From NCBI RefSeq assembly GCF_009914755.1, contig NC_060926.1: a stretch of DNA of 64,000 nt; one strand, written 5' to 3'. The position numbers and the translations under genes are program-made. Positions 1-13,317 of the stretch are shown one piece after another. The notes beneath the pieces were generated by a model. The model was not told where the DNA came from and searched no databases. It saw nothing but the letters and a program-made list of their open reading frames with translations. Each line of letters starts with the position of its first letter. The stretch's first letter is position 1. This stretch comes from the human T2T-CHM13v2.0 reference genome, Homo sapiens.

Positions 1-63
1 ATGAAAGGCTTCTCCATGTGGCTTGGCTTCCTTACAACATGGCTGACTTATTTAGTAGCTGGT
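1..63 (-). mobile_element. Old MaLR (MLT1-type) LTR fragment, left part; interrupted by THE1 provirus
   Basis: tccatgtggcttggcttccttacaacatggc resembles the MLT1 LTR antisense motif; MLT1-like sequence resumes after 2309. Confidence 0.5.
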
Positions 64-2309
64 TGATATGGTTTGGCTGTGTCCCCACTCAAATCTTATC
101 TTGAAATTCCACATGTTATGGGAGAGACTCAGTGAAAAGTAATTGAAACATGGGGGCAGGTCTTTCCTGTGCTGTTCTTACGATAGTGAGTGAGTCTCAT
201 GAGATCTGAAGGCATTATAAGGGGGAGTTTCCCTGCAAAAGCCCTATCCTCTTGTCTGCCACCATGTGAGACATGCATTTCATCCTCTGCCATAATTTTG
301 AGGCCTCCCCAGCCATGTGAAACTTGTAAGTCCAATAAACATCTTCCTTTGGTAAATTGCCCAGTCTCAGGTATGTCTTTATCAGCAGTGTGAAAATGAA
401 CTCATACAGTAAATCGATACCAGTAGAGTGGGGCACTGCTGAACAGATACCCTAAAATGTGGTAGTGACTTTGGAACTGGGTAACAGGCAGGGTTTGGAA
501 CAGTTTGAAGGGCTCAGAATAACATAGGAAAATGGGTGAAGGTTTGGAACTTCCTAGAGACTTGTTGAATGGCTTTGCCCAAAATATTGATAGTGATATC
601 AACAATAAGGTCCAGGCTATGGTGGTCTTAGATGGAAATGAGGAACTTGTTGGGAACTGGAGCAAAGGTGACTCTTGTTATGTTTTAGCAAAGAGACAGG
701 TGGCATTTTGCCCCTGCCCTAGAGATTTGTGGAACTTTGAACTTGAGAGAAGACGATTAGGGGTATCTGGTGGAAAAAAATTCTAAGCAGCAAAGCATTC
801 AAGAGGTGACTTGAGTGCTATTAAAGGCATTCAGTTTTATAAGGAAAGCACAGCATAAAAGTTCAGAAAATTTGCAGCCTGACAATGCATTAGAAAAGAA
901 AATCCCATTTTGTGAGGAGAAATTCAAGCCCACTGCAGAAATTTGCATAAGTAATGAGGACCCGAATGTTAATCCCCAAGACAATGGGGAGAATGTCACC
1001 AGGACATGTCAGAGGTTTTCACAGCAGCCCCTCCCATCACAGGCCTGGAGGCCTAGGAGGAAAACATGGTTTCATGGGCCAAGCCCAAGTTCCCCATGCT
1101 GTGTGCAGCCTAGAGACTTGATGCCCTGCATCCCAGTCACTCCAGCGGTTGGTCGAAAGGGACCAAAATATAGCTTCAGAGGGTGCAAACCTCAAGCCTT
1201 GGCAGCTTCCATGTGGTGTTGAGCCTGCAAGTGCACAGAACTCAAGAATTGAGGTTTGGGAACCTCTGCCTAGATTTCAGAAGATATATGGAAATGCCTG
1301 GATGCCCAGGCAGAAGTTTGCTGCAGGGGCAGGGTTCTCATGGAGAACCTCTGCTAGGGCAGTGCTGAAGGGAAATGTGGGGTAGGAGCCTCCACACAGA
1401 GTCCCTACTGGGGCACCACCTAATGGAGCTGTGAGAAGAGGGCCACTGTCCTCCAGACCCCAGAATGGTAGATCCACTGCCAGCTTGCACCATGTGCCAG
1501 GAAAAGCCACAGAGAGAGTCAATGCCAGCCCATGAAAGCAGCCAGGTGGGAGGCTGTGACATTCAAAGCCACAGGGGCAGAGCTGCCCAAGACCGTGGGA
1601 ACCCACCTCTTGCATCAGCGTGACCTGGGTGTGAGACATGGAGTCAAAGGAGATCATTTTGGAGCTTAAAGATTTGACTGCCCCACTGGAATTTTGACTT
1701 GCATGGGGCCTGTGGCCCCTTTGTTTTGGCCAACATCTCCCATTTGGAATGGCTGTATTTACCCAGTGCCTTGTATCTAGGAAGTAACTAACTTGCTTTT
1801 GATTTTACAGGCTCATAGGTGGAAGGGACTTGCCTTGTCTCAGGTGAGACACTGGACCTGTGGACTTTTGAGTTAATGCTGGAATGAGTTAAGACTTTGG
1901 GGGACTGTTGGGAAGGCATAATTTGTTTTGAAATGTGAGGACATGAGACTTGGGGCGGCCAGAGCAGAATGATATGCTTTGGCTGTGTCCCCACCCAAAT
2001 CTCATCCTGAATTCCCATGTATTTTGGGAGGCACCCAGTAAAAGCTAATTGAATCATGGTGGCAAGTCTTTCCTGTGCTGTTCTTCTGATAGTGAATGAG
2101 TGTCACGAGATCGGATGGTATTTTAACGGGGAGTTTCCCAGCACAAATTCTGTTCTCTTTTCTGCCGCCATGTCAGAAGTGCCTTTCACCTGCCACCATG
2201 ATTGTGAGGCCTTCCCAGCCACTTGGAACTGTAAGACCAATAAACCTCTTCCTTTTGCAATTTGCCCAGTCTCAGGTATGTATCATCAGCATGAACATGG
2301 ACTAATACA
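64..2309 (+). mobile_element. Full-length THE1 (ERVL-MaLR) provirus: 5' LTR 64-408, internal 409-1969, 3' LTR 1970-2309
   Basis: Both LTRs start tgatatg(g/c)tttggctgtgtcccca and end ...ataca. The internal region starts gtaaatcgataccagtagagtgggg. ORFs 532-786, 815-1222 and 1149-1385 are frameshifted pieces of the THE1 internal ORF. Confidence 0.95.
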
Positions 2310-2480
2310 TGGGTGTTACTTGGTAGCACACAGTTCTAATCTCAGATGTTAGAGCCTCAGCATCAAACCATCATTTAGTCCATGATGAAGTAGTCACAAG
2401 ATCGACCAGACCTCAAGGAGACTGCTAATGGAAGGCAGTGTGTCAAAAAACCAGGGACACATGATTTAAAACCTCCCCAG
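2310..2480 (-). mobile_element. MLT1-type LTR fragment, right part
   Basis: gtagtcacaag...ccaga...caagg...atggaagg...tgtcaaa...atttaaaacc resembles an MLT1 terminus. Confidence 0.45.
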
Positions 2481-3088
2481 AACTCTCCTTCACTTTTTTC
2501 TACTAACATTGTTTTCCTCCTTCCAGTTTATATTCTTTTGATCATTGTTGTGAAATGTGAGATTATGGGGTAGAGGTGGCTATCAAGTGAGCCCGGACAG
2601 TGGCGTTCATTTAGAAACTTCATTTGCTCAAATTCATTTGTTGAAAGAATTGGAAATTAATATGGATTTTGTAAACATCTGATCATCCTGTTAATTAGGG
2701 CTTTGTTAATGATGAAAGTGAAATTAATGTTTTACTTATTAAAGTCTGTGGAACATTTCTAACTCACTTGAAATTTTTAAGGTATTTAACGTCATTATAA
2801 AGTCAAGGATAACAGGTATACCTTGCAAAGAAGAGTTAGGATAAGGATTTATAAAAAATTTGAAAACAACTTAGAAGTTAAATTTTGGTATGTGTTTTAT
2901 TTGATATTACATGAAGCAGTAAAAAATGAATATGTGGTAAATATGTGTGTGTGCTGGTGTGTGTAATTCTTACTTTGATGTCAAGCACTATTACTAAAAG
3001 TTACCCAGAGAAAGGAAGTCAGTAGAGAAGACATGAGGAGAGAGAAGAGGCTTTTACAATGTAAGTAGAAGTGGCCTCCAGCAACTAA

Positions 3089-3422
<334 letters not shown>

Positions 3423-5600
3423 TAAGTGTCTTTAGTCAAGTACAGTTATAACTCAAATATTAAATAAAAGTTTGGATCTAGGCCTTCTCTTTGGTGAAAT
3501 AGTTTTGATGTGTGTGGTATATAACATAATTGCTATATTTTTGTTTGAGTATTTATAACTCAATGTAGTTAGTAATCAAAATCATGCTAAAATGTTTTAA
3601 TGTTTTTAGAATGCCTTAAAAATGTGCATTTCAGGATTATCATTTTAATCATGAAATTTTTATAAGGTAGGCTTTTTAGAAACATTAGTTCAGAGGGAAT
3701 TCTGGGTAATAAATAAATATTAGGACTTTGCTATATATACCTTTCATAGAATTAAGATATTTTTATAGTAGAAATACTCTGCTGCTGACACACAAACATT
3801 CTTTAAAGACAGATGAAATTTTTATACTCAGGTGTCCAATTAGTGTTTCTTAGTGAATTTTTATCCTAGTATCTGTTTTGGGATTGGGGAATATTAGCCC
3901 TTAAAGAAATATATTTGTAAAACATTAGTGATGCAAATGTATTTTAGCCTCAAGTAGATATGTGAAAAATGATCATGCAACTTTATTAAACATCATAACA
4001 GTGTCATATTTTTTTTCTCTCAGAGGAGTTCTTTTAATTTTCAGTTATCTCTCAAGTCTGTCTGTATTTAATAATTTGCTCCATTATTTCAGTCATAAGC
4101 CAAGGTGTATATATATGTGTGTATATATATAGTGCTCCTTGAAATGTTACATTAAGAAAAAAACCACAAGTAAATAAAATTCATTCTGTAAATTATTATA
4201 CACTAACAGTATTGGGTAAAATACTAGGCTGTGCCATAGATTCTACGTTTCTTTTTGTGATGAGGAAGGGGATGGAAATAGACGGTAGAAACATACATTT
4301 TCTATGTAATGCTCCTGATAATTCTTCATCAAAAATTGTTTGGCTGTCATTAGCCATCTATTCTTTAATAATTACTTTAAAATTATTTTAAATGACAGGA
4401 AAATAAGTATATTTTTGTCAAAGTGATCTAAGGAAGAGAAAACTAAAATGTGTTTACATTTCCTGAAAATAGCATAGTGTAAATCCATGGGTTGAAGACC
4501 CCTAGTCTCCTAAATTTTCATAGAAATTAGCAAAGAAATTCAAGAATAAGAAAACAAGACTCAACACTGAAAAGCAGGTTAAAACATGTTTTTCACCCCA
4601 CAAACTTCTAAAATTTTTTTTTGAAAGGAACAAATTGATAGAATGTCTGACCAATCTCTTTGATTGTATGAGAATGAGAATCTCATTCTTATTTCTGGTT
4701 ATGAGGGACATGAAAATGAAACCTTTAACATTTGATAGAGTAAGTAGCATCAGTTGGATCTAAACATAAGTAACATAACATTCAATGAAGGGCAGATATT
4801 GACATCTGGCAGTTGACTCTCTTTTGACGAATATTAATTGCAGTATGATTTTACATTCTTTAAAAATGATAAAGAAAAAAACAAATAAACAGCAAATGAA
4901 ATGCAAATTGAATCAACAGTGCAAAAAACAATCTTGTAAACATTCTGGGTTAAAAAAATAAATATGATTAGAAAGTACTTTAAAATTTTTATCTTTAGCA
5001 ATGTTTTAAAAGGTTATCAAAATAATGCAAATTTTAAAAACTTCAGTATATATACTTATTAAATGGTGAATATATTTAGAATGAATTTACTAATGAACAT
5101 TACTAAAATTATCACCTGTAAAACTATTTAAAACTATATAAATATTGTCAAAAATGTCTTGCCATACCAACTAAAACAGAGAAAAAATGAAGGAAGATAA
5201 AATGTGAAAAGTTAAATGAACAAATTCTCTTATATTTCATACAGAAAGATAAATGTTGTTTTATTTTATGTTATATACATTTTAAAATGTATTCCATTTC
5301 ATTTTAAAATTGATTTATGTTTAAAATTGATTTCTAAACAGGAGAGATATAAATGAATTTTTCAAAAATGTAAAGGTGGCTAACTGATAAAGTAACATTT
5401 TTTTTTTCAAATTGGTCCTGAAATTTTGAAGAAAAGGAAAAAGAGACATATTGTAGTCATCATAGCTGAAGATAGAAAATATTTAAGGAACCATGAAAAG
5501 CAAGTAACAATCTGAAAAGACTGTATAATTTATGATTTCATTTATACAGCATTCTGGAAAAGGCAAAACTGTAAAGATGGTTAACAAAGCAGTGGGTTTC

Positions 5601-6812
5601 TGGCTAGCCATGCACAGAATTGACACTGGATCACTTCCTTACACCATATACAAAAATTAAATTAAGATGGATTAAGGACTTAAATGTAAAACCCAAAACT
5701 ATAAAAACCCTAAAAGACAATCTAGGAAATACCATTCAGGACATAGGCATGGGCAGATTCCATGACAAAGACACCAAAAACAATTGCATTAAAAGCAAAA
5801 ATCGACAAAAGGCATCTAATTTAAAGAGCTTCTGCAGAACAAATAAAACTATCAACAAGGTAAACAGACAACCTACAGAATGGGAAAAAAATTTCACAAT
5901 CTATGCACCTGAAAAAGGTCTAATATCCATCATCTATCAGAACTTAAACACAATTACAAGAAAAAAAGAAACAGCCTGTTTAAAAAGTGAGCAAAGAACA
6001 TGAACAGACACTTTTCTAATGAAGACATACATGCAGCCAACAATCATGTAAAAAAAAGTATCACTTATCATTAGAGAAATGCAAACAAAACCACAATGAA
6101 ATATTATCTGTAACCAGTCAGAATAGCTATTCTTAAAAAGTCAAAAAATAACAAATGCTGGCAACGCTGTGAAGAAAAAGGAACAGTTATACACTGTTAG
6201 TGGGAGTGTAAATTAGTTCAACCATTGTGGAAAGCAGTGTGGCAATTCCTCAAAGAGCTAAAAAGAGAATGGCCATTGGACCCAGCAATCCCATTACTGG
6301 GAATATATCCAAAGGAATATGAATTTTTCTATTATAAAGACTCATGCACATATATATTTATTGCAGCACTACTCACAATAGCAAAGACATGGAATCAATC
6401 TAAGTGCCCATTAATGGTAAACTGGAAAAAAAATGTGGTACAAATACACTGTGGAATACTATGCAGCCTTAAAACAACCAAGATCATGTCCTTTGCAGGG
6501 ACATGAATGGAGCTGCAGGCCATTATCTTTAGCAAACTAATGCAGGAACAGAAAACCAACTACCGCATGTTCTCATTTATAAGTGGGAGCTGAATGATGA
6601 GAACACATGGACACACTGAGGGGAACAACATATACTGGTGCCTACTGGAGAATGGAGAGTGGGAGGAAGGAGAGGATAAGGAAAAATAACTAATGGGTAT
6701 TTGGCTTAATACATGGGGGATGAAAGAATCTGTACAATAAACCCCCATGACACAAGTTTACCTATGTAACAATCTGCATATGTACCCCTGAACTTACAAT
6801 AATCGTTAAGAA
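5601..6812 (+). mobile_element. 5'-truncated L1PA (L1PA14-16-like): ORF2 C-terminus plus 3'UTR
   Basis: ORFs 5620-6003 and 6225-6506 match L1 ORF2p ([16 protein letters not shown]; [13 protein letters not shown]). 15-bp TSD aaagcagtgg(g/t)tttc at 5586-5600 and 6813-6827. Confidence 0.92.
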
Positions 6813-7447
6813 AAAGCAGTGGTTTTCAAGGATCTGGAAAAAGCAAAGGGTTAAAGGAGTTAATCATGAGGTATTTTTAGCATTATAAAACTATTCTGTA
6901 TAATATTGCAGTGGTTACAGACATTATGCATTTGACAAAACACATAGAACTTTATATCACAAAGAGTTCACCTTAAATGTATACAAGTTTTCAAAAATAA
7001 TTTATGATATCACGGCACCCCTGATGGAATGCAGACTGTGTTAATAGAATCTCAGTCTGTTACGAGTGTATGAAATAGCCTTACTGAAGGAGGTGAGGGA
7101 AAAGGTGCTGGCCTTAATTAATTTTGGAAATGAGAGGGAACTGTAAGACTAAAGGCAAAAGAAATTGTACAGGGGCACTGTATTGTGACTAATAACGTTT
7201 TGTTTGTTTGTTTCCATAGGAATATAGGTTAACAGATTTGAAACCACTATACAAGTATTCTAGAATTAAAAAACTAAATAAGTGGATGGGAGTTGGTGGG
7301 AACCAGATTTCTCATTGTTGGAGATTACAGACAAGCAGAGAAGGTTAGAATAATACATGCAGCAATAGATTAGATTTGGAGACATCAGCATGAATTTGTA
7401 TTTAGCTTAACATTGATAGAGATGGATAATTTATAGATATCTATATA

Positions 7448-8022
7448 CAGTAAGTTCTCACTAAACATCACTAATAGTTCCTTGGAAATTCAACTTTAAG
7501 TGACGCCATACAACACAACCAATTTTACAAAAGGGTAATTGATATAAACCAGATTTAAGTTCCTATGGCATATTTCTAATTACAAAAACATTACCAAACT
7601 TCTAAATAAAGACCAAAACACTTCTAGTATTAAACATTAAAATAAATGAGAGTTGTATATACATTTGAGAAAGAGTAAAAAAAAAAAGTAAGATAATTAT
7701 TTAAGTTCAGAATCATGGGTGACCAGAGGCCATCAAGGCAGTTCAGGGTAACAGGCAGCAACAACCAGCCCTGGAAAGGACACCATCCCATCTCAGGGCA
7801 CACTCACACACATCCACACTCACTCAGACTCGGACAATGTAGGCAAACCAATTTGCCTCATGTGCATTTCTTTGGCATGTGAGAAAAAACTGGAAAACCC
7901 AGAGAAAGCACACGCAGACATGGGGAGAACATGCAAACTCCACAAAGACAGTGGCACTGTCTGGGAATCGATTTCTTTCTCATCAACCTCATAACGAAAT
8001 GATGTTCTTTGAAGATTAGCCG
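7448..8022 (+). mobile_element. MER6A-like TcMar-Tigger non-autonomous DNA transposon
   Basis: Starts TA|cagtaagttctcact; internal aagttcctatggcatatttct...ccaaacttctaaataaagaccaaaacacttcta; ends ggaatcgattt...catcaac...|TA. Confidence 0.85.
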
Positions 8023-8651
8023 TATAGACAAAGGTTAGTATAGACACATATGTTTCTATGCTCTGAGTCAACACAGAATAGTGAAACCCTAAGAGTAACA
8101 AAAAACCTAACACCATATTTTGGTTTTTGATGCCATTTTTCAGAAGAAAAAAAAAAGTAGAACCAGTACTCCCAGGAAACAATAACTAATCCTAGGGCTG
8201 CAATAAGGAATATACAGGTGAATCTTGAGCATCTTATTATGCTGGAAATTTAGGAGGTACTCAAAATAAAAACAACAACACAATAACAATATTAAAATCA
8301 CACTGATGGGGGTACTTGAAAGTAATATGGAAACCAGTGAAAGAGTTCCTAATGGCCAAAGCTGGAACAATCTGGGCAACCAAATAAATAACGTAACAGT
8401 AGGTTATAACCCAAAGTATAAGATAAATATCTATACATTCACATTAATATAAATAAGTAATTGAATACATAAATAAATGTAGCCTAAAACACAAATTTTT
8501 CATGTAGTACACTTCCAAACAGTGTGAATGGCCCACTCTCAAAGGTGCAGGAGGGACAGTATAACTCTACTTTTAAAGCGTGGGCTGTACGTAGTGACTT
8601 TCTTTTAAAATCTGGAAATGGAGAAAAGAGAATAACTTTGCAGTGAAGGTG

Positions 8652-9693
8652 CAAGCATAGCTTGTTTTATTGTGCTTTGCTTTATTTCATTTGGCAGATA
8701 TTGTGATTTTTACAACAGAAGGTTTTTAGCAACCCCGCATTGAGCAAGTCTGTTGGAGCTATTTTTTCCAACAGCGTGTGCTTACTTCATGTCTCTGTAT
8801 TACATTTTTATAATTCTTGCAATATTTCAAACTTTTTCATTATCATTATATCCCTTGTGATTTATGATCCATGTCTTTGATGTTATGATTCTAATTGTTT
8901 TGGGGTGTCACAAACAGTGCTCCTATAAGACAATGAACTGAATTGATACATGTGTTCTAACTGTTCCACACACAGGCCATTCCCTCATCTCTCTCCTTCT
9001 CTTCAGGCTTCCCTATTCCTTGAGACACAATAGTATTAAAATTAGGCTAATTACCCTACAATGACCTCCAGGTGTTCAAGTGAAAAGACGAGTCATATGT
9101 CTCTCAGTTGAAATCAAGAGCTACAAGTGATTAAGCTTTGTGAGGAAGTCATGTCAAAAGTCTAGATAGGCCAAAATCTAGGCCTCTTGCACCCAACAGT
9201 TAGTCAATTTGTCACTGCAAAGGAAAAGTTCTTGAAGGAAATTGAAAGTGCTATTCCAGCAAACAAACAAATGATAAAAATGTGAAACTACCGTTGCTGA
9301 CATAGAGAAAGTTTAGTGGTCTGGACTGAAGATTAAACTAACCACAACATTCCTTATGCCAAAACCTAATCAAGGGCAAAACCTTTCTCTTCAATTCTGC
9401 AGAGGCTGACAGAGGTGAGAAAGCAGCAGAAGAAAAGAAGTTTGAAACTAGCAGAAGTTGGTTCATGAGGTTTAAGGAAAGAAGCCATCTCCACAACTTA
9501 AAAGGTGAATCAGCAAGTGCTGATGAAGAAGCTGCAACAAATTATCCAGATCTAGCTAAGAACATTGGTGAAGGTGGCTATACTAAACAACAGATTTTCA
9601 ATGCAGACAAAATAGCATTCTATCGGAAGAAGATGCCATGTAGTACTTTCATAGCTAGAAAGGAAAAGTCTATTCCTGTCTTCAATGTACGTG
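8652..9693 (+). mobile_element. Tigger1 DNA transposon: left end plus disrupted transposase N-terminal half
   Basis: Start caagcatagcttgttttattgtgctttgc resembles the Tigger1 TIR. Decayed ORF from 9061; ORF 9465-9752 reads [31 protein letters not shown] (pogo/CENP-B-like transposase). Confidence 0.93.
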
Positions 9694-11108
9694 TATACCT
9701 AACAAAAGCTACCTACAGCTGGATGATCAAGGTTACTGTTGACAGTGATTAGTCACATTGATACTATGTACCCTTGATATTATGTAATGAGAAAGGCACT
9801 TGACCTCTGTTGGCTCCTCCTAGAACAAATAATCCCAGTGTAATCATGAGAGAAGCATCAGAAAAATCTAAGAGACATTCGGCAAAATATCTGGCCAGTA
9901 CTTCTCAAAACTGTCAAGATCATGAAAAGCAAGGAAAATCTGAGCAACTCATAGCCAAAATGCTCTTAAGGAGACATGACTACTAGATGTAATGTGTCCT
10001 ACTAGATGAGATCCAGGAACAGAAAAAAGACATTAGGTAAAAACTAAGGAATCTGAATACTTCATGAGCTTCAGTTAATAATAATATAATGTTATTGGTT
10101 TATTAATTATAAACATTTACTATTTAAAGTAAGGTACTAATATTAGGTTTGGGTCTCTTTGTACTGTCTTCACAACATTATTGTAAATCTAAAAGTTTTC
10201 TAAAATAGAAAGTTTATTAAACATCCTTTTAGTCATGTGTAGTAATGCAATCTGAAATTGATCACCCTTTCTATAAAAATAGTCTGACATTTCAAAAAAA
10301 AAGAGCATGTAGCATAATTAGACAAAACATTTGTGACTATAAGTGTAAGTTCATTATCAAAATAAAAACAGAGTTTTTTACGATTGGTCATCCAAAGATA
10401 AAAAGCAAGAACTCAGGGGTTAAAAAATGTCGCATAAGAAAAAGAAACAGCAATCATGTGTAAGCAAAAATATAGCCTGTGCCCAGTAGTGATATTTTAA
10501 TAAGCAGAACTAAATAAATCGAGTGTTATCTTTGTAATTGGTAAATAACATTTCCCGATAAGGTCACAAAGAGAGCACCTAAAATTCCACATGACTATCT
10601 TACACAGAAGTTCAGAATACTTCCTAAACATTTCCCCAACTGATATTTCCATGAACCCTTAACTTACTTATGTACTATTAAATAATGAAGCTGGGCATCT
10701 AAAATGATTTTTGAAGCTTGAAAATACCACTAACATTTTTAAAGATGATTGCTCTTAAGTAAGCTACTCTATGTCTGTTGCAACTGTCCAAGTCTCAACG
10801 CTGGGGATCCTAGCTTGAGCCTGATCAGTCCAAAGAGAGTCTCTGCTCTGTACCACAGCTGGCTCTGCGTGCTTTCTTTATTCACTGCACTCTTTCTCAC
10901 CCTTGCCCTTGTCACATTCACTTTAAAGCCACTGACAATAAAGCTTATCAACATTCCATAAAAATGTCATAAAATACATGCAATAAAATACTGAGTGCTG
11001 TATAAAAATGGTTAGTGCTTTTACAATGGCTAGAACTACCATGAAAATTGGAAGTAAAAAACAAAACAAAAGAAGCCTGGAGCATATATATAAATATATA
11101 TAAAGAGA

Positions 11109-11415
11109 GGCTGGGTGCTGTGGCTCACAACTGTAATCCCAGCATTTTGGGAGGCTGAGGAAAGCAGATCACTTGAAGCCAGGAGTTTGAGACCAGCCTG
11201 GCCAACATAGAGAAACCCCTTCGCTACTAAAATTACAAAAATTAGCTGAGTGTGATGGCATGGGCCTGTAATGTAAGCTACTCAGGAGGCTGAGGCACAG
11301 GAATCACTTGAACCCTGGTGTGAAAGCTGCAGTGAGCCGAGATTGCACCACTGCACTCCAGCCTGAGCAACAGAGTGAGATGCTGTCTCAAACAAAACAA
11401 AACAAAACAAAAAAC
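11109..11415 (+). mobile_element. Alu (AluJ/old AluS) with (CAAAA)n tail
   Basis: Dimeric Alu ggctgggtgctgtggctcac...cactccagcctgagcaacagag. Confidence 0.93.
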
Positions 11416-11433
11416 CACATTACATATATAATA

Positions 11434-11660
11434 CACATTTCTATAGGAATTTCCACAATTTTCTTATTAATTGATAGATAAGATCTCTTTATATATGTAA
11501 TACATATATGAATTAATAAGAAAATTGTGGAAATTCCTATAGAACTGTGAATAAAAATAAGAATTTCCACAATTTTCTTATTAATTGATAATATCTCTTT
11601 ATATGTATAATATATAAAATATAACAATAATAAAATTGTGGAAATTCCTACAGAAATGTG
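11434..11660. repeat. Compound AT-rich inverted repeat (four alternating arms)
   Basis: 11439-11472 is the exact reverse complement of 11511-11544 (34 bp); further copies at 11561-11590 (forward) and 11626-11660 (reverse). Confidence 0.92.
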
Positions 11661-11778
11661 CAAAATGTGAATATAATAAATAAATATAAATATTAATAAG
11701 CAAAGGAAAGTATTTTCAGTTTCACATTTAAAAAATTCACCTGTGAGTTTGTCAATCATTAGAAAATAGCTAAATAGT

Positions 11779-11905
11779 CTGGCCGCAGTGGCTCACGCCG
11801 GTAATCCCAGCACTTTGGAAGGCCGAGGTGGGCCGATCATGAGATCAGGAGATTGAGACCATGTGGGCAACATGGTGAAACCCCGTCTCTCCAAAAAAAA
11901 AAGAA
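11779..11905 (+). mobile_element. Left-monomer-only Alu (AluSc-like) with TSD
   Basis: gatcatgagatcaggagattgagaccat...aacatggtgaaaccccgtctct then A-tract; TSD agaaaatagctaaata at 11761-11776 and 11906-11921. Confidence 0.88.
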
Positions 11906-13317
11906 AGAAAATAGCTAAATAAGAGCAAAGTTTCTTTGAATTGAACACTGTCAAATATAACTAAATGGACATATATTGTTTCAAACTTTCAAGATAATTT
12001 GTTCTGAGGAAGTAATCCTGAATAAGTGCAAAGACATTGGTATGAGACGATCTGCACAGCTAGGGTGTTTACCATTAGGAAAATTCAGATTCCTATAAAT
12101 CATAAAAAGTAGTTAAATGATATATGAATTTATACAATAGAATACTCTATAATCATTTGATGAATTTCACAGATAATATGTAATGACATAGAAGGCTGTT
12201 CATAGTATTTATAAAGGTATTTGTAACTGTTACAATTAGTATATAGGTATGACATCTATAATAAAAATGAGTATAGGCATATGAAATTACTAGAAGACTA
12301 TCCAGCAAAAAAGATGATATTTGTCTTTAAGTAGTGAAATACTGTGATTATTATTAACTTTATTTTTTGTGTAATGACTGCTTTTAGGAAATGAATAGTT
12401 ATTAATTTGCAGTAAAAACTAATTTTTTGTGAATTATGGTTTCTATGAAATAAAAAATTAATTTATTCAAGTTTTGTCTTTAAAATATAATACCACAAAA
12501 TCAAGTTACTTGTGTGAATAAATATTGTTTTTAATAATAGTTAATTATTTTCACACTGAGAGTATGACTTTGCATTTTTACTGATGCAAAGTAAAATAAT
12601 TTAATTAATTATAAAATTTAGCATTGCTAAAACAGACTAATATCAGACTTTCATATGGCCTTTCACAAAACATGGAACACAATGACTCAGTTTTATCATT
12701 TAAACTTATTGTGTGTTGACTACATGTTAATGATATTCTGATGGATAGCATCCTGTCAATTACCCTTGAAACTTCTATCATGATTTTTCCCAAAGCATTA
12801 GGTTACTAACTAGTCATCTTCCATGTATATTTATTTTATCATTGTAAAATCATATAAATAGCAAATGATTATCAACTTGTACTTTTCAGTCCATCTTCTC
12901 CCTATTATATATTATGTAGATATGTACACACTTTTTATAGTTGTAGAATGAATGTGAGGCATAGTCATGAGTTATATACTAATACATACATACAGACATC
13001 CTCATACTAAAGCATTCTTAACGCAGAATTATTTTTCAGGTCTTCTAACATTGTTTGCAAACACTATCTACTTGTATTTTTGTTGTTGTTTTGCACGAGT
13101 TTGCTCTAAACTTAAAAAAATAGTATTTACCTATTGACCAAAATACATTTAAATTGGCTATTTAATAAAATGATTCTTAATAATTCACTAGCAGATTCAT
13201 CATTTTACCGAAGTTGCTCACATATAGTTTTCATCATCTCCATCTTCAACATGTCAAAATAAACTAACCCTTTAAATTATTACGATTTGCCTCTCATTAA
13301 GCAGTATCAATAATTAA

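Larger units (their letters stand above)
5500..10220 (+). mobile_element. Old L1M (L1MC/L1MD-type) 3' region, interrupted by L1PA, MER6A and Tigger1 insertions
   Basis: cattctggaaaaggcaaaactgta, gatggaatgcagactgtg, ctaatggccaaagctggaacaa, ctcaaaactgtcaagatcatgaaaagcaagg and gtaaatctaaaa are old L1 3'-end motifs. The host reads continuously across the insertions. Confidence 0.75.

Noticed and set aside
9061-9752. Domesticated TIGD1-like transposase gene
   Set aside because: Stops, frameshifts and loss of the DDE domain show a decayed Tigger1 copy
11388-11759. 123-aa hydrophobic ORF with internal repeats
   Set aside because: By-product of the AT-rich palindrome and Alu tail
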